From a virus: DNA of 32,554 bases. Below the pieces are notes generated by a model that worked only from the letters and a program-made list of their open reading frames with translations, was not told the origin of the DNA and made no database searches. Positions 14,606-23,000 of this stretch are shown here, piece after piece (the first letter of the stretch is position 1; each line of letters opens with the position of its first letter). Location: IMG/VR virus record IMGVR_UViG_3300001688_000201. One strand, 5' to 3'. The position numbers were made by a program, and so were the translations under genes.

Positions 14606-14812
14606 TTACATTTTGTAATCTGAGTCAAACAGATCTATAATTTTTAGGTCTAGAGCTTCGGCTATTTTTTCTAACTCAAGAATATTCGGAAAATACTTTG
14701 GATTTTCCTGTTCTATCCTGTTTATTCTGTTACGATTAATACCCGTTAGCAATTCTAAATCATCTAAAGACAATCCCCTCTCATTTCGGATTTTCCAGAT
14801 GTTTACTTTCAT
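14606..14812 (-). CDS. Small XRE-family HTH regulator (68 aa), divergent from int
   Basis: IRNERGLSLDDLELLTGINRNRINRIEQ is the HTH. There is no SD. TTCATA-17-CATAAT ends 6 nt before the ATG, compatible with a leaderless mRNA. Confidence 0.7.
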   Translation of the reverse strand: MKVNIWKIRNERGLSLDDLELLTGINRNRINRIEQENPKYFPNILELEKIAEALDLKIIDLFDSDYKM

Positions 14813-14861
14813 ATGTATATTATGTACTAATTATTAAAAATTATGAAAGAAATGTAAAAAA

Positions 14862-14948
14862 GTCACGTGCTGGTAACACATGACTTTAACTGATGTGCTG
14901 GTAACACATCATGCATGATAAAAAACAATAGTCACTCGTTTTTATCAT
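14862..14948. repeat. Array of three stem-loops upstream of int; the first two share the direct repeat GTGCTGGTAACACAT
   Basis: Hairpin 1 (14862-14884): gtcacgtg-ctggtaa-cacatgac. Hairpin 2 (14892-14910): gatgtg-ctggtaa-cacatc. Hairpin 3 (14915-14948): atgataaaaa ... tttttatcat. Confidence 0.7.
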
Positions 14949-15005
14949 GCTCATTTTATCATAAATTATATTAAATATCTATAATATATAAAAGGAGCAA
15001 TCAAT

Positions 15006-16094
15006 ATGCCAGTATATAAAGACAAAGTAAGAGGAACTTGGTTCTATGAAGGATCATTTATAAATATTTTTGGTGAAAGCGAAAGATACAAAAAACGAGG
15101 TTTTCAAAGTTCAACACTTGCTAAAGAAGCTGAAAGAAACTTTCTTATAAGTGCTAAAAACTTAACAACAAAGCGTATAAAATTTGAACAGCTTGTTAAT
15201 CTCTTCTTAGAATATAAAAAAAGCAGGATCAAACCAAGAAGCCTATATGATTATCAAAAAACGATTGAAAAACAGCTAACCCCTTTTTTTGGCGGTATGT
15301 ATGTAGATAAAATAAATGTGCGTGTTATTGAAAAATGGCAGGAAGAGCTATTAACTAAGAATTACTCTAACAGTTACCTGGAAACAATACAAACTAAACT
15401 CTCGCTTATTTTAAACTTTGCTGTTAGAAAAGGAATTATACAAAAAAACCCTTTCGACTATTTAGAACAGGTTAAAGATCATACAAAACCTAAGCCGATA
15501 ATGAAATACTGGACTTTAGAAGAGTTCACCCTTTTCATAAATGTAATAGATGATTTTGAAGATAAACTTTTATTTGATTTATTATATTGGACGGGTATGC
15601 GTATATCTGAATTACAAGCCAGAACATGGGAAGATATAGATTTTAAAACTAAAACCTTAAGTATTCACAGTAACTTTGATAATAAACTAAAAAAAATAAC
15701 TGCAACTCCAAAAAATGGAACAAACAGAATAATATTTATTCAAACGTCACTGATTGAAAGAATGAAGTTATTAAAACAAATGCAAAGCAATATAGACGGT
15801 TTTAATGACGCTTGTTATATGTTTGGTGTATTTAAGCCCATATCCCATAAAACAGTTGAAAACAAGAAAAATAAGTACATTAAAGAGTGCAACCGCATTA
15901 ATAAGATAAAAATTCCAGAAATAAGAATACATGACTTTAGACACAGCCATGTCTCTTTACTTGCTAATAGAGGTCTTGATAGTTTAGTTATTGCTGAACG
16001 TCTCGGACACAGTAAAGATATGGTTGAAAAAAGATATTCCCATATGTTCCCAGAAACCAGAAAAAAAGTTTTAAACATATTAGAAGATTATTAA
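15006..16094 (+). CDS. int: Phage integrase, tyrosine recombinase with an N-terminal arm-binding (AP2-like) domain
   Basis: The N-terminus MPVYKDKVRGTWFYEG is typical of Tn916/phage-type arm-binding domains. The catalytic signature is TGMRISEL (R), RIHDFRHSHVS (H-x-x-R), LGHS and RYSH (Y). SD AAAGGAG precedes the ATG. Confidence 0.9.
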   Translation: MPVYKDKVRGTWFYEGSFINIFGESERYKKRGFQSSTLAKEAERNFLISAKNLTTKRIKFEQLVNLFLEYKKSRIKPRSLYDYQKTIEKQLTPFFGGMYVDKINVRVIEKWQEELLTKNYSNSYLETIQTKLSLILNFAVRKGIIQKNPFDYLEQVKDHTKPKPIMKYWTLEEFTLFINVIDDFEDKLLFDLLYWTGMRISELQARTWEDIDFKTKTLSIHSNFDNKLKKITATPKNGTNRIIFIQTSLIERMKLLKQMQSNIDGFNDACYMFGVFKPISHKTVENKKNKYIKECNRINKIKIPEIRIHDFRHSHVSLLANRGLDSLVIAERLGHSKDMVEKRYSHMFPETRKKVLNILEDY

Positions 16095-16105
16095 TAAATA
16101 AAATG

Positions 16106-16147
16106 AAAACCGATTAAAAATATGTAGCCAGCTTTTTAATCGGTTTT
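16106..16147 (+). terminator. Intrinsic terminator after int
   Basis: A 15-bp perfect stem, aaaaccgattaaaaa / tttttaatcggtttt, with a 12-nt loop is followed by a T-rich tract. Confidence 0.7.
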
Positions 16148-16159
16148 ATTTTATTTACT

Positions 16160-16365
16160 ATTTTTACACCACGACCACACCATAAGTAAAATAAAAAGCC
16201 CCAAACCATTGGTTTAGAGCTATTTTTAATCAAATGGCGTCCACGAAGGGAAAAAAATTTAAGCCATTGTTTAAACTATCACAGCCCCAAAACCTACTAA
16301 ATACGTTGTTTTATTTCTAATTATTTTTACTTATTTTTAGTTTTCACACCAAAATTTCACCACAA
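16160..16365. other. Candidate attP region
   Basis: A non-coding, repeat-dense stretch next to int. AGCCCCAAA(A)CC occurs at 16197 and 16283, CCATTG(G)TTTA at 16206 and 16264, TTTT(T)ACACCA / TTTTCACACCA at 16161 and 16341, and TTATTTTTA occurs in tandem at 16321 and 16331. A 17-mer shaped like a tRNA 3' end lies at 16235-16251. Confidence 0.3.
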
Positions 16366-16569
16366 TTATTCATATAAATATAAATAAATTTCTTCGATTG
16401 TCATACCAAGAGATTGTGAAAGTTTTAAAGCAGTCTCAACTCTAATTTTAGAAAAAGCTGTCTTACCATTACAAAGATCATTAACTGTATTCGTAGGAAT
16501 ACCATGTTCTTTATTTAATCTATATGCTGTATAGCCCTTTTCTTGTAACAGTTCTTTAAATTTATTCAT
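16366..16569 (-). CDS. XRE-family HTH protein (67 aa from the internal ATG); also the C-terminal part of a possible 146-aa frameshift fusion
   Basis: The HTH is YTAYRLNKEHGIPTNTVNDLCNGK. SD AAGGGGGGG lies 7 nt before the ATG at 16569. The frame is open for 51 further codons upstream with no start codon. Confidence 0.7.
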   Translation of the reverse strand: MNKFKELLQEKGYTAYRLNKEHGIPTNTVNDLCNGKTAFSKIRVETALKLSQSLGMTIEEIYLYLYE

Positions 16570-16700
16570 GTTCACACCCCCCCTTATAAATCTTATAGCA
16601 TTTTCATCTATTTCTTTTTTTTCTAGTAACTCTTGGTGATCCTCAATGTTTAAATTCTCGTACCATAATTCTTTATAGCATATATTATCTGTCCTTAATA

Positions 16701-16805
16701 TTATCTTGTCATATTCTTTTTTTTATCGGAATAGTTTTCATAAAAACTTCTTTCAACAACATTATTATTCATATCGTATGTAATATAATAATAATCATTT
16801 TCCAT
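16701..16805 (-). CDS. 34-aa ORF that ends 5 codons after an A8 tract; the upstream part of the putative frameshifted gene
   Basis: MENDYYYITYDMNNNVVERSFYENYSDKKKNMTR with SD AAAGGGAGAG. The heptamer A_AAA_AAG (16716-16722) is in the zero frame. Confidence 0.4.
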   Translation of the reverse strand: MENDYYYITYDMNNNVVERSFYENYSDKKKNMTR

Positions 16806-16857
16806 AACCTTAACTCTCCCTTTTGACTATTTAATAAAAATATGTTAGAGTAAGAAT

Positions 16858-16915
16858 AGAGATAGGACATATTTAATTTTAGCGAGTTAAGAGATGTTGT
16901 CTATCTCTTTTTATT
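16858..16915 (+). ncRNA. Candidate ~55-nt antisense RNA (predicted promoter plus terminator only)
   Basis: Plus strand: TTGACT (16823-16828), a 17-nt spacer and TAGAGT (16846-16851). Then hairpin aagagat-gttgtct-atctctt (16889-16909) followed by TTTATTTTG. Confidence 0.25.
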
Positions 16916-17005
16916 TTGTTTAACAACAATAGTAATCTTTTCGACTTCGTATTGCTTGTCTTTTAATAAATAATACAAGCAAGTAACGATTAGTTTTACT
17001 ATCAT
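16901..17005 (-). CDS. Possible 34-aa peptide, first ORF of the accessory operon
   Basis: MIVKLIVTCLYYLLKDKQYEVEKITIVVKQNKKR with SD AAAGGAAA 7 nt upstream. It has a hydrophobic N-terminus and a Lys-rich C-terminus. Confidence 0.3.
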   Translation of the reverse strand: MIVKLIVTCLYYLLKDKQYEVEKITIVVKQNKKR

Positions 17006-17043
17006 GTCGGGTTTCCTTTCCCCTATCTCTATCTTACAAATAT

Positions 17044-17093
17044 ATTATATCGGATATTCGCTATAATGTCAATTTAAAAATGCGAATATTCGC
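17044..17093 (-). promoter_or_regulatory. Perfect consensus promoter with two palindromic operator copies
   Basis: Minus strand: TTGACA (17067-17072), a 17-nt spacer and TATAAT (17044-17049). GCGAATATTCGC lies at 17082-17093, and CGGATATTCG at 17051-17060 inside the spacer. Confidence 0.65.
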
Positions 17094-17130
17094 TATATTT
17101 TAATATATACCTTTTATATATATCTAACAT

Positions 17131-17154
17131 AAAAAGCCTATTTCTAGGCTTTTT
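17131..17154 (-). terminator. Intrinsic terminator of the tail operon
   Basis: Minus-strand AGCCTA-GAAA-TAGGCT is followed by TTTTT. The tail-fibre stop codon TAG lies in the stem. Confidence 0.7.
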
Positions 17155-18103
17155 CTAATGCTTCGATTTTTTCCTCTAACTTTGCAACTTTATTTTGTAA
17201 CTCTTCAACTTGCTCAATAACAGTTACAGCCTTTTCTCCATCAATAGATTTATAGACTTTAAAATATATATCCTGGTTAATATCTAAAGGCAAGTTTAAA
17301 ACAATTTGACCTTTATTTTTAGTATACCCCTGTCCTTCTGTTTTCCTTTCCATTATAAATACACCGTTAATAAATACTTCTAAAATATCTAAATCTGGGT
17401 TATATTGAGGTATTCCAATATCAATAACTGTTTGATCCTGCTTTGTTGTAACCGCTCTATTAGTATACTGTCTTAATAAAGTAGAAGTAGAAAGGTTTTC
17501 TTTTATATTTTGAAACCAATCTTCAAACTCTTTATTACTTTTATCATAAAACTCTTTATAAGCAGTTTCATACTGTATGTATAAATCGCTTATATCTACT
17601 TGATCTATTAAACCTGTAACATATCCGCATAATGAGGTATTAGGTATTGTATTAGTAATATTAGCTTGTGTAATATTTTCAGCTAGTTTATTTATCCTAA
17701 TTTCACACAAACATAATTCTTCAATATATGTATCATTTTGAAGTGCTGGAGCTACTGGATTAGTTCCAGGTGTCCCCTTTTTCAAAAAAACATTAGCATT
17801 TCTAACACCTTCATTCTTATCATTTCTTAATACAACTCTATCAATTCTATTTAATATTACATCACTAGGGTCTAAAGTTAAAATAATATCTGCTGTATTT
17901 TCAATCCATTTACCATCACTAAAAAAAGCCTTACCAGTTTTAATGTTTATCTTCATGCCACCATTAGCTGTTACAACGAATTTACCGTTATAATTCTGTA
18001 ATACTCCACGTGTAAACAACCCAGCGAAATATTTAGACATTGTTTCCGCATTATACTTTCTATCTCCATTTAATGAATTATAATATCCTGTTATTAGTGC
18101 CAT
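17144..18103 (-). CDS. Tail fibre / receptor-binding protein
   Basis: It is the last gene of the tail module. SD GGGAGGTG precedes the ATG at 18103 (MALITGYYNSLNGDRKYNAE...). The N-terminal pattern recurs in Firmicute siphophage fibre proteins, and the C-terminus is a coiled coil (VEELQNKVAKLEEKIEALEKA). Confidence 0.6.
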   Translation of the reverse strand: MALITGYYNSLNGDRKYNAETMSKYFAGLFTRGVLQNYNGKFVVTANGGMKINIKTGKAFFSDGKWIENTADIILTLDPSDVILNRIDRVVLRNDKNEGVRNANVFLKKGTPGTNPVAPALQNDTYIEELCLCEIRINKLAENITQANITNTIPNTSLCGYVTGLIDQVDISDLYIQYETAYKEFYDKSNKEFEDWFQNIKENLSTSTLLRQYTNRAVTTKQDQTVIDIGIPQYNPDLDILEVFINGVFIMERKTEGQGYTKNKGQIVLNLPLDINQDIYFKVYKSIDGEKAVTVIEQVEELQNKVAKLEEKIEALEKA

Positions 18104-18105
18104 TA

Positions 18106-19158
18106 TTACACCTCCCAAGTTCCAAAAGTCGGCACGACTCTATAACCGTTTTCGTTTTTACTTTCTATAACTTCTATAATTCTAGGTGTTGCTTCTATTC
18201 CGTATTCATTAACAGTTTGTACAATATCACCTAAATCATAATCTTCCTTATATTTATAGGTTAATGTAGTTTCTACTTCTCCAGAGTATGACTCTGTAAA
18301 AGTTTTTTCGGCTATTTTTTCATTTCCACGCTCAATAAGAAGTTTATTATATTCTGCTGTTGCTATTTCTCCGTTATTGCTTGAAATGTCTTTAGCGTCT
18401 ACAAAAAGCTCATATCTATCAAAACCTTCACTTTCACCGATTGCTTGATATTTTCTGTCTGTTCCTTCGCCTTCACCGCCAATTAAAGCAACGTTAGCTA
18501 TATTTGTTTCATTATATTCATATTCTGTATTGATAATATTGTCAAAATCATCACTAAAAATTACATAAGGATTAATAAACTGGTTATAACTTCTATCTTC
18601 ACCTTTATACAGATCAAACACTAGCCAGCCTTCATTATCCATAGTTATTTTAAAACCGTAATTATAAGCTTGACAAATTGATATAATGGTATCTAATAAG
18701 TTATCACCTGTAACCTGTTTATCTATTGTTTCTTTAAAACCTTTTAAAGCCCCTAACTTTAATTTTGGTATCTTTCTTTTTAGATCGTATGGATTAATCA
18801 CATTTTCGTTTACAAGCCTTCTTATAAATGCTTCTGCTGTTTCTCCAGATTTACTATTTGTTTGAGTCCATATTATCCTGCGAGCTAAAATTGACTCAAT
18901 GGACTTACCAGAAACTGCTATTTTATTTCCTCCTTCTGTAGAGGTTACAATATTTATTTTTTCAATGATCATAATACTTTCATCATCTTCTCTAACAAGA
19001 TAATTTCTTTTTTGTAATGTTTTTACGGTTTTCAAATCAGCTATAGTATTTAATACAAAATCACCAGTATCAAAATATCTTTTAACCCATTCTAAAGAAA
19101 TAAATGTATCTATAAAATCTATAATCTCAAAGTCTTTATTTAATACATAAAGTTCCAT
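18106..19158 (-). CDS. Tail tip protein, Siphovirus Gp37-like (Tal position)
   Basis: The N-terminus MELYVLNKDFEIIDFIDTFISLEWVKRYFDTGDFVL matches the recalled Gp37-like family start. It follows Dit. Confidence 0.6.
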   Translation of the reverse strand: MELYVLNKDFEIIDFIDTFISLEWVKRYFDTGDFVLNTIADLKTVKTLQKRNYLVREDDESIMIIEKINIVTSTEGGNKIAVSGKSIESILARRIIWTQTNSKSGETAEAFIRRLVNENVINPYDLKRKIPKLKLGALKGFKETIDKQVTGDNLLDTIISICQAYNYGFKITMDNEGWLVFDLYKGEDRSYNQFINPYVIFSDDFDNIINTEYEYNETNIANVALIGGEGEGTDRKYQAIGESEGFDRYELFVDAKDISSNNGEIATAEYNKLLIERGNEKIAEKTFTESYSGEVETTLTYKYKEDYDLGDIVQTVNEYGIEATPRIIEVIESKNENGYRVVPTFGTWEV

Positions 19159-19160
19159 AG

Positions 19161-20009
19161 CTATACACCTTCATATAGATTAGAATAAATGAATTTAAAA
19201 TTTAAAAATTCTTCTCCACTTTCGCATTGATAAGTAAATAAGTTATCTCCTGGTGTAATTTTAAACCACTTATTTCCCTTTAGAATGTTATTAATAATAT
19301 TTCTTGTTTCTCCATAGCGTACTAGCTCTACTTTTTTATTAAATACATTTGTATTAATTCTTATTAGATCACCATACTGCATTGTTATATTTAATCCAAA
19401 ATATTCTCTTGTATCAGCGTTGTAAATAGTAGGATTAACTACCTCTCCACTTGCTGAAAGCTCTATAATCAATCCTGTTTCAGTATCTCCAGCATTATAT
19501 ATATTTTGTGTTAATGCTTTATCGATCCTTGAAAATTCTAGCCCTTCATTTTCGATTGAAAAAGGAAACTCAAAAAGATCTATTATAGAAGCCATATTTA
19601 CAGCTCTTTCTATACGGTCTTTAAAATATGGTTCAAAACATCTAACCTCTATAATTATTGCCTGCTTTTGAGCAAATAATGAACCATCAAAACCTTCTAC
19701 TTTTCCAGATATTAAAAGATCTCTATTTTCATTTTTAAAGTATAATTTAACTTCTTTTTTTACTTTAAAATACCTGTACAGTCTCTGTCTGTTTTCTTCA
19801 ACTGGATATGCTGGCTTTACTGTTATGCTTATATCTCTAATCCCTACTCTTGCACTATTTTGAATTTCACCATCTTTCCCAGCTACAGACGTACTATTAA
19901 ACGTTGCTTTAGGCGGTAATAGTCCATCTATAATTATACTTTCATAAAAAGATGAGCTAGTAAGTTCTTCCTTTTCGTTTTTTTCATTTTCTACCCAAAG
20001 TCTAAACAT
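19161..20009 (-). CDS. Distal tail protein (Dit, Sipho_tail-like)
   Basis: It lies immediately after the tape measure. The pattern IIDGLLPPKATFNSTSVAGKDGEIQNSARVGIRDISI is typical of Dit N-termini. Confidence 0.7.
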   Translation of the reverse strand: MFRLWVENEKNEKEELTSSSFYESIIIDGLLPPKATFNSTSVAGKDGEIQNSARVGIRDISITVKPAYPVEENRQRLYRYFKVKKEVKLYFKNENRDLLISGKVEGFDGSLFAQKQAIIIEVRCFEPYFKDRIERAVNMASIIDLFEFPFSIENEGLEFSRIDKALTQNIYNAGDTETGLIIELSASGEVVNPTIYNADTREYFGLNITMQYGDLIRINTNVFNKKVELVRYGETRNIINNILKGNKWFKITPGDNLFTYQCESGEEFLNFKFIYSNLYEGV

Positions 20010-20012
20010 TAC

Positions 20013-23000
20013 TTATTCCCCTTTCCATGTTTTAAATAATTTTAATTGTTTTTGTGTATTTCTATATGTTTCTAAGCTGTCAATAGCTTTAGGTGAAGTA
20101 TTATACTGATTAAATGTTACGTTATTCACATTATTAGAAGTACCAGCTAAAACATGATTATCCATCTGCATTGCACTTCGTATGTTTTTTATACTGTCAT
20201 TTAGATTAGACTTAACACTATCTATACTAAACGGTAATGAAATACCTTCGCCTTCTTTTAGCATTTTTTCACTTAAATCTTTAACCGCATTAATGGCTAC
20301 CTTCGCCTTCTTATCAACACCCTTTTTAATACCTTCTGGTATCCATTGAGATATTTGAGCAAATTTCCTAGACGGTGATTTAATACCTAATGAGTCCTTA
20401 AAATCGTTCAACATTCTATTACCGTATGATTTCATACTTTCCCAAAGAGATGGAGCTTTCGCATTTGTACCATTTAACACACCTTCAAGTGTATTTATAC
20501 CAGCCTGGTAATACGGATCATTTTTACTTTTTGGATTAGTTTTCATTTTATCAAGCATTTTTTGAGCAGTTTCTTGAGCTTTAGCTTGTACTTCTGGATC
20601 TTTAGAATTCAAACCTTTAACTACATTGTCAAATTTCTTTTGAGATACTCCAAAATATTTATTAGTATCACCATCAAAAGCACTTAGCGCTTTTAATGCC
20701 ATCTGTTGATATTTCCCTACATACTCTGGTGTTTTTCCCTCAACAGTTGAAGTCATACCGTTTATTTCATTTTGTATATTTTGGATCTTTTTTTGTTGTG
20801 ACTCAATTTGCTGTAACTCTATAGCGTCATTTGTACCTTTATATTTTTCTTGAAGGTACTGTAAATGTTGTTCTTCTGCTAATTTCTGCTGTTCTAATAA
20901 TTGTATTTTTTCATAATTGGACGTTGCTTTAGCTGTAACTGTACTTGTTTCTATCTTTTTCCATTCTTCCGCATTTTCACTAGATAATCTTGTAGCGTTT
21001 GTTTCGTACTCTGCCATAGTATTGTAATAACCTTGAGCTTCTTCTTTTTTCTTCTCATAGCTTATTTTTGCTTGTGTCGTTTCCTGTTGCAGTATACCGA
21101 TCCTTGACTGGATTGAACGAGCTTCGTAATCACTCGCATTTGCCAATTTTCCCTGTAAATCTGCTATTTCTTTATCATTCTTCTTTTTCACTTCGGCATA
21201 TTCTGCTTCTCTCCTACTGGCTTCTATCTGTGCTTCTGTAGCTTTTGTTACTGCTTCTTTATATGCTGGTAGTTGTGCTTCTAAAATGACTTCTGCACGC
21301 TTTTTCGCTATCAAATCATCAATAGACTTTATAGTGTCTTTATACTTACTAATAACACCATTTTGTAGCTCCATTTCAGTACCCAACGCTGAATTTAGCT
21401 CATTCAAAATGTACTTAACTCTTGCTTCATATCCTTCTTTAACCTTACCATTTTCATCTGCCAGCGTTTTTAATTCGTTTGACAGTGATTGAACATTATT
21501 CATTTCACCGTTAGTAGTTTCTATAGCTTTTGTCTGTTCGGCAATCAATTCCTTATGTGTATTGATTGCTTTTTGAGTTTCCTCTATATTTTCCTGGTAC
21601 TTATTTTTAGCACCGTCGAGAGCTACCAGGTAAGTACCTATAGCTACTGTTGCACCAACTACTAAGGTTGTAAATAAACCTAATGGTGTAGCACTTTGAG
21701 CTAAATTAAAGGCTTTTTGTGCAACTGTACCAGCATTTGTAGCGATTGTATGTGCGTTTGTTGCCAGTGTTGCTCCTTTAGTTACACCTGTTAATAAGAG
21801 TGTTGTTCCTTTCGTTACTAAGCTGGCTGTATTTGCCAATGTTTGAGCCTTTTTATTAGCTATCCATGCTACTGTTAAACCAGTAATCAAGGCTGATACT
21901 GGCTTAATATTTTTAGACAGCCAGCCTAAACCTTTCATTGATGTTTCAAACACCTTGCCTACATCTTTAGCAAAGCCGTTCCAATCTATACCGTCCGCCC
22001 ACTCTTGAAAATCATTAGAAACTTTTTTTATTGAAGGAGCAAGCTCCTTTAAAACATCATTTTTTAGTTTTGTTAAAGAAGTATTTAAAGGCTGTACGCT
22101 TTCCCCCAATTCTGCCTGGGTTTCTTTTAACTCCACTGCTTCTCTATTTGCGTCAATAATACTTCCGCTTAGCTGATCATATGTTTCTTTAGACTTGCCA
22201 AAAGTATTATTAAGCACTCTAGCGATTAAATCTGCTCTTTCTTGTGTTGAGTTACACGTGGCCAGTGCACTACTAAAAGCGTCCTCCACTGCTTCTCCTT
22301 CTTTAACCGATTTATTAAATGCTTTTTGTGCTTTGCTTCCAGCACCTAAAACTAACGCCCACTCTTCATTGGAACGCTTCGCCCAATTTATAGCGTCTGC
22401 TAATGAACCAGTTACTTTAGCAACCTGTGCACTTTCATTTATAGACTCCGTTAACCCTTCTATCGGGATTGAGTCACCATAAGAAGCCCATACCGCTATA
22501 GCCCCACGTGCTGAATTAGTAAGCGTATCGGTAGACACTTTCATACCCATAAGGTTAGTAATAGCATTTGTAGCCATTTGATCATCTTTTAAATATGAAT
22601 AAAATTCTTTATATCTTTCTTTTGCAAAATCAATCGAATATCCAAATGAATTAGCCGAACCAGTTATTTTAGCCTGCATTTGCCTGTATTCTTCTGTGGC
22701 TTCTGATAATGATAATACTGATGTTACATACTCTTTTGTTTTACTGATAGCACCATTTATACCATTTGCAATTAAACTGGCTAGTGCTCCTTTCATTACT
22801 GTAAAGCCTTCACTACTGTTTTTAGCTTCCTCTCCAGTATCTTGCAAAGCGTCTGTTAATTGATTAGCTTCACTTTCCACCTCGTTCAGCGTGCTTTTAC
22901 TTGTTTTTAGGCTATTGTTGAGTTCTTTGATCTTTCCAGCTAATTGTTGTGCTTCCGTTGAAGTTTTACCCTGTTCTAAGATAATGCTTGTATATTCGCT

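Noticed and set aside
15815-16078. Minus-strand 87-aa ORF inside the integrase gene
   Set aside because: It is antisense to a recombinase ORF with all catalytic motifs, has no SD and has low-complexity composition.
16235-16251. Possible tRNA gene downstream of int
   Set aside because: Only the acceptor and T-stem 3' portion resembles a tRNA. The adjacent sequence is an A-run instead of a T-loop (no TTCGAAT-type loop or complementary T-stem) and no cloverleaf can be drawn. It is kept only as an attP-core hypothesis.
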